Source of the DNA: Nitrospiraceae bacterium
GTDB lineage: Bacteria; Nitrospirota; Thermodesulfovibrionia; Thermodesulfovibrionales; UBA1546
Direction: 5' to 3'
Length of the DNA: 58,909 nt
Assembly (NCBI GenBank): GCA_003599795.1
Contig: QZJQ01000007.1
Span: forward strand, 1 to 58,909
Each line of letters opens with the position of its first letter. Positions within the stretch are counted from its first letter, which is position 1. Made by a program: the position numbers and the translations under genes. Below the pieces are notes generated by a model. It did no database searches. It worked only from the letters and a program-made list of their open reading frames with translations, and was not told the DNA's origin. Below, piece by piece: positions 31,930-41,754 of this stretch.

Positions 31930-33008
31930 CTCAGCTTTAACGTTGCAAGGCTCAAAAGAGCCAGCATTATTCCGACTATCCAGAATCTGACTATCACTTT
32001 CGGCTCAGGCCATCCCTTGAGTTCAAAGTGATGATGTATCGGAGCCATTCTGAACACTCTCTTTCCCGTGAGTTTGAAAGACGCAACCTGAAACACAACC
32101 GAGAGCGTCTCTATGACAAAAATTCCTCCCACAACCGCAAGCACTATCTCCTGTTTTGTTATTACGGCAAGCGTTCCGAGCGCTCCGCCAAGAGAGAGAG
32201 AGCCGACGTCTCCCATAAACACGTCCGCCGGATATGAGTTATACCAGAGGAAACCGAGAGAGGCCCCGAGAATGGCACCGCAAAAAACAGTCAGCTCCCC
32301 GGTGCCGGGAATATAAAGAACCTGAAGGTATTGTGAAAACTTCAAGTTGCCCGATATATAAACAAGGATTCCTGTAGCAAGAACTGAAATCCCCACAAGG
32401 CCCACGGCAAGGCCGTCTATGCCGTCCGTGAGATTGACTGCATTTGAGGACCCTACGATAACAATAATTGAGAAAGGCACATAAAACCATCCGAGGTCAA
32501 AAAGCCATTTTTTGAAAAATGGGATGCTCAGGACATCGTTATAAGGGTCTTTAGGGTTCATGTAAAGGAACATGCTTATCGCTAATGCAAGAAGCACCTG
32601 CGCTCCGAATTTGTAATAGCCGCGCAGCCCCTTGGGATTTCTCTTTACAACCTTCAGATAATCATCAATAAATCCTATTGCTCCAAAACCTACGAGAGAA
32701 AAAATCATTGTCAATATATATTTATTGGCAAGGTCGCCCCACAGAAGAACAGTTGTAAGTATGGATATTATTATTAAGACTCCGCCCATAGTGGGTGTTC
32801 CTGCCTTGCCCAGATGCGTCTGCGGCCCGTCATCCCTGACCTGCTGAGTTACGCTGAACTTCCTGAGCCTTTTTATAACCTCAGGCCCGATTATGAATGC
32901 AATAAGCATCGCTGTAAGAACCGCAAGCGCACTCCTGAACGTTATATATCTAAAAACATTGAATGGGAAAAACCATTCATGCAAGCTATATAGCAGGCTA
33001 TAAAGCAT
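31926..33008 (-). CDS. mraY: Phospho-N-acetylmuramoyl-pentapeptide transferase
   Basis: [33 protein letters not shown]. Confidence 0.97.
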   Translation of the reverse strand: MLYSLLYSLHEWFFPFNVFRYITFRSALAVLTAMLIAFIIGPEVIKRLRKFSVTQQVRDDGPQTHLGKAGTPTMGGVLIIISILTTVLLWGDLANKYILTMIFSLVGFGAIGFIDDYLKVVKRNPKGLRGYYKFGAQVLLALAISMFLYMNPKDPYNDVLSIPFFKKWLFDLGWFYVPFSIIVIVGSSNAVNLTDGIDGLAVGLVGISVLATGILVYISGNLKFSQYLQVLYIPGTGELTVFCGAILGASLGFLWYNSYPADVFMGDVGSLSLGGALGTLAVITKQEIVLAVVGGIFVIETLSVVFQVASFKLTGKRVFRMAPIHHHFELKGWPEPKVIVRFWIVGIMLALLSLATLKLR

Positions 33009-34368
33009 TTCCTGTCCCTCCGTTTATCTCCAGGACTTTTTCCATTCTCATTCCCCTTGAACCCTTTACTACAATCGTATCGCCTTCCCTGCACAGCCCC
33101 GCCAGTATCTTTCCCGCTTCTTCCGCATCAGAAACGCTGAACGACAGCCTTCCTGTTTTAACAAACTCTGAATGCGCTATTGCCATCAAGGGTCCGACGC
33201 CGATAAATACGTCTACCGGAAGCACTGACATCCATTCTCCAACTTTTCTGTGCGCCTCTTCAGAATATGCCCCAAGCTCAAGCATGTCTCCGAGAACAGC
33301 TATAGCCCTTTCTTTCTTAAGCCTGACAAGTTCTTTTATTGCCTCTTCCATTGACGAGGGGTTTGCGTTATAGACATCGCTTATAACCGTTGCTCCTAAC
33401 AATTTCTTAATCTCAAGCCTCATGGGCACGCCTTTAAAAGATTCAATGCCTGCTTTTATATCAAGAAGACCCATATTAAAAACCTGTCCCACTGCTGCTG
33501 CGGCAAGCGCATTATAAATGTTAAAAGCTCCGGGGATATTAAGATTTATCTCTATGCAGTTCCCGTCACCGAAGCAGAGTAAGAAATCAGAGCCTCTATC
33601 AGTCAACCTGATATCCTTTGCGAAAACATCAGCTTTATTTTTTATGCCGAATGTAATAATTTCTCCCTGATACCCTGAAACTCCCTGCATAAGAAAAGTG
33701 TCGTCAGCGTTTACCGCAACTTTCTTCACGGCGTCAAGAAGCTCAAGTTTTGCGGCTCTGACTGCCTCAAGGCTTCCGAAACCTTCAAGATGTCCAGGCC
33801 CTATATTTGTCACAACTCCGCAATCAGGCGCTGCAATACCGCAAAGTTCTCTTATGTCTCCGGGAAAGCTTGCGCCCATTTCAAGAACGATTACCTCATC
33901 ACCGGTTCTGAGTTTTATAAGGCTCAAAGGAAGGCCTATCTGATTATTGAGATTGCCTGTATTTTTGTGAACCCTGTATTTTGCGCTCAGGATTGAAGCT
34001 ATCAGTTCCTTTGTCGTCGTCTTTCCGTTGGTCCCTGTTATGCCTATGACAGGAATATTGCTTCTCATGCGGACATAACGCGCGATATCCTGTAAGGCGC
34101 TGAGGGTGTTTTTCACATATATTATTGCCTTGCCTTTCAGGTGCTCTGCAGGAGGGAAATTCACCAGCGCTCCACTTCCTTTTTCAAGCGCCTTATAAAT
34201 AAAATCGTGCCCGTCAAATCTTGCGCCGCGCAATGCTACGAATATCTCTCCCTCTCCAATTGTCCGCGAATCTATGGATACGCCTGTAAACGGATGGGAG
34301 TTGCCGTTTTTATAGACAATACGACCGCCTGTTGCATTGATAATTTCTTCTATCGTCAAATTCGCCAT
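32998..34368 (-). CDS. murF: UDP-MurNAc-tripeptide--D-Ala-D-Ala ligase
   Basis: [29 protein letters not shown]; SD-supported ATG 34368. Confidence 0.95.
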   Translation of the reverse strand: MANLTIEEIINATGGRIVYKNGNSHPFTGVSIDSRTIGEGEIFVALRGARFDGHDFIYKALEKGSGALVNFPPAEHLKGKAIIYVKNTLSALQDIARYVRMRSNIPVIGITGTNGKTTTKELIASILSAKYRVHKNTGNLNNQIGLPLSLIKLRTGDEVIVLEMGASFPGDIRELCGIAAPDCGVVTNIGPGHLEGFGSLEAVRAAKLELLDAVKKVAVNADDTFLMQGVSGYQGEIITFGIKNKADVFAKDIRLTDRGSDFLLCFGDGNCIEINLNIPGAFNIYNALAAAAVGQVFNMGLLDIKAGIESFKGVPMRLEIKKLLGATVISDVYNANPSSMEEAIKELVRLKKERAIAVLGDMLELGAYSEEAHRKVGEWMSVLPVDVFIGVGPLMAIAHSEFVKTGRLSFSVSDAEEAGKILAGLCREGDTIVVKGSRGMRMEKVLEINGGTGNAL

Positions 34369-34390
34369 AACCTCTCTAAAAAATCTGATG

Positions 34391-34446
34391 CATGATTCAT
34401 GATTCATGATTCATGTTTTTTATCCTGCATCCTGTATCTTGTATCC
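34391..34446. repeat. Heptamer arrays (CATGATT)x3 and (ATCYTGY)x3 forming the MurE C-terminus
   Basis: catgatt catgatt catgatt catg ... atcctgc atcctgt atcttgt. Confidence 0.75.
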
Positions 34447-35936
34447 TCTTTAAGTTTCTCCTTTATAGCTTTCTCTGCTGTCCCCCTGTCGCTGAATTTA
34501 TGCCTTGCGCCCTTTATCTCCTGATAATCCTCGTGCCCCTTGCCTGCAATAAGCAGTATGTCGCCCTTTTCTGCGGTCTCCACTGCCTTCTGAATAGCCT
34601 TCTCCCTGTCAGGTTCAATTGTATAATTCATCCTCACTGCGCCCTTCTCTATCTCTTTTATTATCTCCATCGGTTCTTCGCTGCGGGGGTTATCAGAGGT
34701 TATCACTATATAATCGCTCAGTTTTGTTGCTATCGCTGCCATTTGCGGCCTCTTTCCCCTGTCCCTGTTGCCGCCGCAGCCAAAAACAGTAATGATTTTC
34801 CCCTGACCCTCTATAAGTTCTCTGGCAGCGCATATCAGCCTTTCAAGCGCATCTTCTGTGTGAGCATAGTCAACTATACAGAGAAAATTCTGCCCGAGGT
34901 CAACCTTTTCAAATCTTCCCTTTACAGAAACCATCTTCTTTATTCCGCTTATTACCGCTTCCCACGGCACATTCAGGCTAACAGCAGCGCCGACAGCAGA
35001 GAGTATGTTATAAACATTGTGCGTGCCTACAAGCGGAGACTGAATATTGTAGGTCCTGCCGTTGAAATTAATATCAAACACAAGCCCGTCAAATGAGTTT
35101 TTAATATTCGCCGCAGCAATATCCGCTCCTGCTTCAATGCCGTATGTAATCAAATTTCCAACTTTTGAATTCCTCAATTCAGATATCAATTCTCTTCCGT
35201 AAATATCGTCAAAATTTATTACAGACGTCCCGTCTTTCAAAAGAAGCTCTTTAAACAGCCTTTCCTTTGCCCTGAAATAGTCTTCCATTGTTATATGAAA
35301 ATCCAGATGGTCTCTTGTAAGATTTGTGAAAACTGCAATGCTGAACCCCGTATAGTCCACCCGCTTCTGCGCAAGAGCATGGGATGACACTTCTGTCACA
35401 ACATGAGTGCACCCTGCTGAAACCATTTCGTTCAATACAGCCTGAAACTCAAGCGCCTCAGGCGTGGTATGAGGGGCGTCATAATGCCTGTCCTTCACAA
35501 GATAATTGATGGTGCCTATAAGCCCCACATTTTCCCCCCATGCCTCAAGGACTGACTTTATAAGATATGTTGCCGTTGTCTTTCCGTTGGTTCCGGTTAT
35601 ACCTATAACAGTCAACTTGTCAGACGGCCTTTCGTAAAAATTATTGGATAGGCACGCAAGAGCCTTCCTGCTGTCAGCGACTTTGATGAATACGGGAATC
35701 GGTGAATCGGTTGCTGTTTTTTCCTCTTCATAAACCACCGCGACTGCGCCTTTCTTAACTGCCTCGCTGATAAAATCATGGCCGTCAACACGCTCGCCTT
35801 TTGCGGCAACAAAGACATAGCCTTGCCTGACCTTCCTCGAGTCATAGGCGATCCCCGCCACCTCAACATCATCCGCCGCTGGCGGACTGGTCATCTCTTT
35901 TATCTCCATATCCTTTATAAGCATCTTTAAGTTCAT
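34404..35936 (-). CDS. murE: UDP-MurNAc-Ala-Glu--meso-DAP ligase
   Basis: [17 protein letters not shown] (DAP-specific), AGKGHE. Confidence 0.96.
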   Translation of the reverse strand: MNLKMLIKDMEIKEMTSPPAADDVEVAGIAYDSRKVRQGYVFVAAKGERVDGHDFISEAVKKGAVAVVYEEEKTATDSPIPVFIKVADSRKALACLSNNFYERPSDKLTVIGITGTNGKTTATYLIKSVLEAWGENVGLIGTINYLVKDRHYDAPHTTPEALEFQAVLNEMVSAGCTHVVTEVSSHALAQKRVDYTGFSIAVFTNLTRDHLDFHITMEDYFRAKERLFKELLLKDGTSVINFDDIYGRELISELRNSKVGNLITYGIEAGADIAAANIKNSFDGLVFDINFNGRTYNIQSPLVGTHNVYNILSAVGAAVSLNVPWEAVISGIKKMVSVKGRFEKVDLGQNFLCIVDYAHTEDALERLICAARELIEGQGKIITVFGCGGNRDRGKRPQMAAIATKLSDYIVITSDNPRSEEPMEIIKEIEKGAVRMNYTIEPDREKAIQKAVETAEKGDILLIAGKGHEDYQEIKGARHKFSDRGTAEKAIKEKLKEDTRYRMQDKKHES

Positions 35937-35951
35937 CTATTTTAAAAAAGT

Positions 35952-36003
35952 ATCAAAGGGTCAAAGGGTCAGAGAGTCAAAGTCTCTGATACTCTGACAC
36001 TCA
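35952..36003. repeat. Inverted octamer arrays between ftsI and murE
   Basis: tcaaaggg tcaaaggg tcagagag tcaaag ... ctctgata ctctgaca. Confidence 0.65.
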
Positions 36004-36012
36004 GTTTCAACC

Positions 36013-37713
36013 TTATCTCCTCTCAACAACCAAAATATTCTTTTCTCCGACATCTTCTCTCGGCACATTCAGGTACGAGAGCGATTGTTTTGCAATCTCC
36101 TTGAACACAGGAGCCGCTATGACCCCTCCGTAAATCTGCCCCTTCGGCTCATAAATAACTACTATCATCGCTATCATCGGATTATCCGCGGGAACGAATC
36201 CCACGAATGAACCAACATATTTTTCCTTTGAATATCTCTTGGTCCTCGGGTCTATAATCTGCGCTGTCCCTGTTTTGCCCGCAACGCTATTGCCGTCAAC
36301 AGAAGCGCTTTTGCCTGTGCCGCCTTCCTCTGCAACTGTCTTCAATATATCCTTGAATATTTCTGCTGTTTTTTTTGAGATAGCCCTCTTGTTTCCCTTG
36401 GAGTTGAATGAATACACAGGGACATCATCCGGAGACCGTATCTCTGACACCACATGGGGCGTAACAAGAACGCCTCCATTCGCTATCGCCGAATAAGCCC
36501 TCAGAATCTGAAGAGGCGTAACTGCAACTTCCTGCCCTATGGATATTGCTCCTATGGAACCGGCTGACCACTTTTGAGGCAGCCGTATCCAGCCTGATAC
36601 CTCGCCGGGCAGGTCTATGCCTGTCTTTTCTCCGAAACCAAAAAGCTTTGCATACTTATATACCTTTTCCTTCCCAAGCTGCATGCCTATCATGGTGCTG
36701 CCGACATTTGAAGACTTCTGTATAACCTCTTTGAATGTGAGTACGCCGTGTTTATGCGCGTCATGAATAACAGCACCACCCACTGAGACGGCTCCCTTGC
36801 TGCAGTCAAATTTTGTGTCCAGCTTTACAATCCCCTCCTCAATAGCAGCGGAGCCGACAATTATCTTGAATGTTGAGCCCGGCTCATAACAATCTGTTAT
36901 GGCCCTGTTTCTTTTTTCAAAGTCCTTTGCATATGCCGCGGAATTTGGATCATAGGCAGGCCTGTTTGCAAACGCTAGTATCTCGCCCGTGAAGGGGTCC
37001 ATCATTATTACTGTTGCCGCAGATGCCCGCCATTGCGTCATTGCATTGTCAATCTCTTTTTCAGCTATATACTGAAGCCCCTCGTCTATTGTCAAAAATA
37101 CATTATTGCCTTTGGACTCTATATCCACGCCTGTAGAAAGCGTTCTGCCTCTTGCATCCCTCGTAACAAGGATTTTCCCTCCGGGTGTTTTTAAAAATTT
37201 ATTGTATTTCAATTCAACGCCTTCAAGAGCCTGATTATCAATGCCCACGGCTCCGATAACATGAGAAGCGAGCTTGCCCTTCGGATAAAATCTCTTTGCG
37301 TCAGGCACAAACCCAAGCCCCTTTATGTCCATCTTTTTTATCTTCTCCGATGTTTCGTGATTAAGCTTTCTTTCCACCCATACAAATCGGCCTTTGGAGG
37401 AAAACTTTGCAAGCATTGCCTCAGGCTTTTTCCCTATAACTTCCGAGACATCGTATGCCGCGGTCTTAGGAGAAACCATTGCCGCAGGATCGCAAAACAA
37501 AGATTCCACTTCAATATTCACTCCGAGTTCCCTTCCCCTTCTGTCAAATATAAATCCGCGCCTCACCTGTATGTCCTCTTGTTTGAGCTGCTGTATCTTT
37601 GCCCTCTCGGAAAACCTGCCGTGGTTAAGCACCATCAGATCCACAAGACGCAAAAATACCGCAACAAAACCAAAGATTATTGCGGTATTAAGAATTATCG
37701 CTCTCTTTCTCAT
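36013..37713 (-). CDS. ftsI: Class B penicillin-binding protein (PBP3)
   Basis: EPGSTFK, SSN and KTGTAQ motifs; dcw position. Confidence 0.93.
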   Translation of the reverse strand: MRKRAIILNTAIIFGFVAVFLRLVDLMVLNHGRFSERAKIQQLKQEDIQVRRGFIFDRRGRELGVNIEVESLFCDPAAMVSPKTAAYDVSEVIGKKPEAMLAKFSSKGRFVWVERKLNHETSEKIKKMDIKGLGFVPDAKRFYPKGKLASHVIGAVGIDNQALEGVELKYNKFLKTPGGKILVTRDARGRTLSTGVDIESKGNNVFLTIDEGLQYIAEKEIDNAMTQWRASAATVIMMDPFTGEILAFANRPAYDPNSAAYAKDFEKRNRAITDCYEPGSTFKIIVGSAAIEEGIVKLDTKFDCSKGAVSVGGAVIHDAHKHGVLTFKEVIQKSSNVGSTMIGMQLGKEKVYKYAKLFGFGEKTGIDLPGEVSGWIRLPQKWSAGSIGAISIGQEVAVTPLQILRAYSAIANGGVLVTPHVVSEIRSPDDVPVYSFNSKGNKRAISKKTAEIFKDILKTVAEEGGTGKSASVDGNSVAGKTGTAQIIDPRTKRYSKEKYVGSFVGFVPADNPMIAMIVVIYEPKGQIYGGVIAAPVFKEIAKQSLSYLNVPREDVGEKNILVVERR

Positions 37714-37735
37714 TCATCCTTTCTTGTTTTACAGG

Positions 37736-38083
37736 TTAAGGCCCTGATAACTGCCTTCCCTCCAAAGATGCCTTGAACGGGGTGTTCTTCCCGTCCCTTT
37801 TTACATAGACCACTTTTACCCTGTCGGGAAAAACCAGCGCAAGTTTTCCGCTTCCCTTGTTTTTAACGCTCTGAATGGACAGAAGGCTCGCCTTCTCTGC
37901 CATAAGTGTTTTTCTCTCTCTGAGAGTTTCCATCCTTTTATGGTCCAGAGCAGAGATGCTGTACTCTACTGTCCGCACGCTTGACCTCAGCCAGACAATT
38001 GAGAAGATGCCGAACAAAATAAGAGCTATGGACAGGGGGACAATGAAAAAAGAAAAAATACTGCCCCGGTTCATATGAGTCAT
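37736..38083 (-). CDS. ftsL: Probable cell division protein FtsL
   Basis: Single TM plus coiled coil, between rsmH and ftsI. Confidence 0.7.
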   Translation of the reverse strand: MTHMNRGSIFSFFIVPLSIALILFGIFSIVWLRSSVRTVEYSISALDHKRMETLRERKTLMAEKASLLSIQSVKNKGSGKLALVFPDRVKVVYVKRDGKNTPFKASLEGRQLSGP

Positions 38084-38991
38084 ATTTTTTCCGCCCCTCT
38101 TAATTTCGCGCTCCTCGCAGACGGATTAAATCTTATTTCTTCGTCTGAAGGGGTCATGGGTTTTTTTGTTAACATCCTTAATCCGCCCTGCTTATGTTCA
38201 TCCCTTATAAAGTTCTTTACTATCCTGTCTTCAAGCGAATGATATGAGATAACGCACAGCCTGCCTCCGCTCTTAAGAAGGCCTGCCGCCCCATTAAGCC
38301 CTTTGCTGAGCTCATTGAGTTCATCATTCACGGCAATCCTCAATGCCTGAAAGGTCTTTGTCGCAGGATGATGCTTTCCTCTTTGCCTGTAAACCTTGTA
38401 AACAATATCCGACAGTTCAGCGCAGGTATCTATCTTCTTTTTTGCCCTGTAATCAATGACTGCCCTTGCTATTTTCCGTGAGAGTCTTTCTTCTCCGTAT
38501 TCCCATAAAATCCTGTTTATTTCTTTTTCGGGATATTTATTAACAATGTGAGCTGCCGTAATTTCCTGCTCCCTGTCCATTCTCATATCAAGCGGTTCTC
38601 CTGACATGAAACTGAACCCCCTCTCAGCTGTCTTGAGATGAAACATGGATGTGCCGAGGTCCAATAAAATCCCGTCTGCTTCTGAAATGCCTGCTTCGGC
38701 GGTTAGCCTGCTGATATCGGAAAATTTCCCCTTCTTAACAATAAACCTGTTATCGGAAATTCTTTTCATTGCCATATCCAGAGCCTCTTCATCCCTGTCA
38801 ATGCCGAGAAGCCTTCCATTGCCGATATGCTTGAGTATTTCTTCTGCGTGACCGCCAAGCCCGACTGTTGCATCAACATATACTCCCCCTGATACTGGTT
38901 TCAGCAACATAACCACCTCCCTTAACATCACAGGGAGATGAATCCCGCTTAGAGATTTATCTCTAACGGGATGAATACCCTCCACATTCAC
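38080..38991 (-). CDS. rsmH: 16S rRNA m4C1402 methyltransferase
   Basis: DATVGLGGH, PLDMRMD, HPATKTFQALRI, SYHSLEDR. Confidence 0.96.
   Translation of the reverse strand: MNVEGIHPVRDKSLSGIHLPVMLREVVMLLKPVSGGVYVDATVGLGGHAEEILKHIGNGRLLGIDRDEEALDMAMKRISDNRFIVKKGKFSDISRLTAEAGISEADGILLDLGTSMFHLKTAERGFSFMSGEPLDMRMDREQEITAAHIVNKYPEKEINRILWEYGEERLSRKIARAVIDYRAKKKIDTCAELSDIVYKVYRQRGKHHPATKTFQALRIAVNDELNELSKGLNGAAGLLKSGGRLCVISYHSLEDRIVKNFIRDEHKQGGLRMLTKKPMTPSDEEIRFNPSARSAKLRGAEKI
38938..38976. mobile_element. 27-bp palindromic mini-insertion with 6-bp direct repeats in rsmH
   Basis: ATGAAT-CCCGCTTAGAGATTTATCTCTAACGGG-ATGAAT. Confidence 0.75.
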
Positions 38992-38996
38992 CGCCT

Positions 38997-39449
38997 CTAA
39001 AGCCCGTAGCTTACAAGTCTTTGTTCAACAGCTTTTTTGTCTATCTTCGCAGGGTCCACCATCGCATCCCATTCTTTCCTGTCCCAGAGTTCTATCTTGT
39101 CTATCTGCCCGACAACGACTATTTCTCCGTTTATGCCTGAGTCCTCTCTGTGAGCAACAGGAATAAGCACTCTCCCCTGCTTATCCAGTTCAATCTCAAC
39201 AGCGGATGCGATAACCTTTCTCATAAAAAACTTTACGGCCTCATCCATCTTTGGCATGGCCCTCACCCTTTCTTCAAGCCTGTTCCATTCCTCTTGAGGG
39301 TATAAATGAAGGCACTTGTCAAACGCAGCATTGACGATATAAAGTTTCGGGTTGTAGTTGGCGGAAATGATTTCCCTGAAGGGCGCGGGTATGATGATTC
39401 TGCCCTTTGGATCTACTGTATAATAATATTTTCCCGAAAAAGAAGGCAT
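38997..39449 (-). CDS. mraZ: Transcriptional regulator MraZ
   Basis: VDPKGRIIIP and LDKQGRVLIP repeats; ATG 39449 with SD GGAGG. Confidence 0.94.
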   Translation of the reverse strand: MPSFSGKYYYTVDPKGRIIIPAPFREIISANYNPKLYIVNAAFDKCLHLYPQEEWNRLEERVRAMPKMDEAVKFFMRKVIASAVEIELDKQGRVLIPVAHREDSGINGEIVVVGQIDKIELWDRKEWDAMVDPAKIDKKAVEQRLVSYGL

Positions 39450-39454
39450 CTTCC

Positions 39455-39510
39455 CTCCACCTTCTACCACTTTTTACCACTAATATAGGGGTTAAGGGAG
39501 GGCTTGTCAA
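39455..39510 (-). promoter_or_regulatory. dcw promoter with three MraZ boxes
   Basis: TTGACA-17-TATATT, then GTGGTA-aaaa-GTGGTA-gaag-GTGGAG at 10-bp period. Confidence 0.75.
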
Positions 39511-39810
39511 GAAAAAAATGAATAAAATTAAGGGGTGTCTATATTTTGTGTCCGTGGAGTGCTGTGACCACTATATAGTGTTGTGATGGGGTTATTGTTA
39601 AATGAAGATTTTATTGATGCCGCTCTGAATTTATATTAGAATGCACATTTTTTGATTTGGATGGTTCAGGAATGTGCATCTATTTCCGGCAATCAATAAC
39701 TATAAATAAAGCCATAAGGATTGAAATTATTATGAGCGCTGATGAGAATTTGAGCTTATTTCTGTTCATAAAACTTTCTCCCTATCGTAAAAGTTTATGA
39801 GTTATGAGTT

Positions 39811-40104
39811 TTATGCAACTTCGTAGTGGACGACCGACATTTCTGAACGAAGCTCATCCAATTTATCAAGAACAGATTCAACCTTATCCACAACACTGCT
39901 CTTCATATATGCCTCGCCGCAGTCTGAACAGATTTCAGCAGGCACATCCTTGATAACCACAACCTTCTCACTAATAAGAAATGGAATTGTGGTCATACCG
40001 TCGTGCATCTCTCCGCCGCATAATGGACATCTCTTAACCTTGTTTTTTCTTGTCTTCCAGTCATTTTTCCACCTCTCAAAAATAAATGGGGTCAGGTCTT
40101 GCAT
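39811..40104 (-). CDS. YgiT-type zinc-finger (MqsA-like antitoxin) protein; 5' end apparently rearranged
   Basis: CPLCGG..VVIKDVPAEICSDCGE; the N-terminus looks like a toxin-gene tail plus a REP-like motif. Confidence 0.7.
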   Translation of the reverse strand: MQDLTPFIFERWKNDWKTRKNKVKRCPLCGGEMHDGMTTIPFLISEKVVVIKDVPAEICSDCGEAYMKSSVVDKVESVLDKLDELRSEMSVVHYEVA

Positions 40105-40192
40105 TTATGCATTTATCTTTTAGCCACATTTCACATCTCCCAAATCACTTTACTCCGCTTCCTTCAAAATATATCTTTGCCCTGTCTTCTCA

Positions 40193-40579
40193 CTATTCAT
40201 AAGAAATCATATCTAATTCATCGATGAACCGATAATCACTTCGATTTTTTGTAGCTAAAGGCGCCCCTTTAATAATGGCTGTTGCTGCTATCAAGGCATC
40301 AGCAATCAGCAGGCCATGACTCAGACGATATTTATGAAGCAGTTCCACCGCCTTACCGCCAATTGATTCATCCATGCCTTCAATATTAAATCTGCCGACA
40401 AACTTATCCAGCACGGTTAATTCCCTTTTGTTTCCGCAACCGACTATTAATTCCATTTGTGTGACAACACTGATTATCGGAGTAAATTCTTTCTCTGTTT
40501 TGTCCAGAAATGAAACAGCCTTTGCTACATTGCGACCGATGTCTATCAGAATATCTGTATCAATAATAACACGTTTCAT
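40193..40579 (-). CDS. VapC PIN-domain toxin
   Basis: IIDTDILID, SVVTQMEL, DALIAATA, TKNRSDY. Confidence 0.88.
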   Translation of the reverse strand: MKRVIIDTDILIDIGRNVAKAVSFLDKTEKEFTPIISVVTQMELIVGCGNKRELTVLDKFVGRFNIEGMDESIGGKAVELLHKYRLSHGLLIADALIAATAIIKGAPLATKNRSDYRFIDELDMISYE

Positions 40580-40827
40580 GCTCTGTCAGCCCATTCGCTA
40601 CGCCTCACTTTTCTTACCCATAAGGCGCTGTCCTGCATGTCTTTTCTCTCTTTCCACATCCCGACAAAAGCTTCATCTTTAAGCTTTAACACTTTTGCTT
40701 TCTTCTCTGTGGTTTTTTCCTTATAGCGGCTGCCAAGAAACTTGATAAAGTCTGCTACCTCCTGTTGTGCCTTTTGAGGCAATTTATCGAATTGATTGAA
40801 TACTTCTGTTTTAACCGTACCAGCCAT
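40576..40827 (-). CDS. DUF2281-type antitoxin
   Basis: LPQKAQQEVADFIKFL, FVGMWKER; ATGA overlap with vapC. Confidence 0.75.
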   Translation of the reverse strand: MAGTVKTEVFNQFDKLPQKAQQEVADFIKFLGSRYKEKTTEKKAKVLKLKDEAFVGMWKERKDMQDSALWVRKVRRSEWADRA

Positions 40828-41043
40828 TTTCTTTTACCTCCTCTAAAAGGTCTTTAAGGCAAAGTTAAATACATTTCACATCCCCCAAATCTCTTTACAC
40901 CAGTTCCTTCAAAATCCTACCCTTGCCCTGCCCTATCCTGCTCTACAAAATAAGAATTCGACAGACAATATATTTTATGCAGAATTATATGGTTTTTTAC
41001 TATAGTTGTGCAATACTGAAATCATCACTCTGATTTCCCTCGC

Positions 41044-41739
41044 TTATCTTGCCACAGCCAGATTCCTGCTCAATATAATCTTCCCGAAATATCCTTCTCC
41101 AATGCTCTCGGTATGCTGGCAATTCGTCTGAACCCTGACGCCTTTTACATAAGGCGGCTCTTCTTTGAAGAATTTTCTGTAATCATCATATACATTTCTT
41201 GTCATGGTCAGCCACTTGCCTATATCCGCAGCCCCTGACTTTACCGTAATTATTTTTATTCTCAGGCTGACAGGCCACGCAACAGATTCCTCTGTTACCG
41301 TGCCTTCAGGCGCATTTGAGTCCCATATATAACTGAGTATTTTTCGGCCTTCAAACGCCACAAGAAGCTGGAGGACTTGATCATTTGTTTTATCTTTGCG
41401 GACATCGCCTTTGGGGGGCAGCTTTAAAACCTTCCACTTCCATGTGACATAAGGATAATTCTTCACATCAACTTTAACCTCTCTTCCTAACGAAAAAGAG
41501 GCGTCATCACACTTAAGCTGAATAACCTTCTCGCTGCTGTCAGAGATAATCTTTACGTCAGCGTTGCCTGACTTCTCTTTTAACTCCCACGGCGCGGCGA
41601 CGCCGCTGCTGTTAATCTTGCCGTCAAAATCAAATATAATTGACTGAGCATCCGAAAGGCTGAGCTTTACGAAAAAAATACCGGTCAATACTGAGAAAAC
41701 AATTCCAACCGCGCATATCTGCAGATATTTTCTCATCAC
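41044..41739 (-). CDS. DUF3047-like exported protein
   Basis: Signal peptide, YPYVTWKWKV..LP, LSYIWD, W...RNVYDDY..F. Confidence 0.7.
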   Translation of the reverse strand: MMRKYLQICAVGIVFSVLTGIFFVKLSLSDAQSIIFDFDGKINSSGVAAPWELKEKSGNADVKIISDSSEKVIQLKCDDASFSLGREVKVDVKNYPYVTWKWKVLKLPPKGDVRKDKTNDQVLQLLVAFEGRKILSYIWDSNAPEGTVTEESVAWPVSLRIKIITVKSGAADIGKWLTMTRNVYDDYRKFFKEEPPYVKGVRVQTNCQHTESIGEGYFGKIILSRNLAVAR

Positions 41740-41754
41740 TTCCTCTTAAGTTAA

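Larger units (their letters stand above)
40126..40930. repeat. About 60-bp imperfect direct repeats (40126-40184, 40871-40930) flanking the vapBC-type module
   Basis: ACATTTCACATCYCCCAAATCWCTTTACWCC..TTCCTTCAAAAT...TTGCCCTG in both copies. Confidence 0.8.

Noticed and set aside
39641-39679. ATGCACATT/AATGTGCAT inverted repeat
   Set aside because: Real but isolated; cannot tell terminator from operator or chance
14271-39812. CRISPR array interpretation of the repeats
   Set aside because: Units are 7-8 bp tandem with no unique spacers, and there are no cas genes
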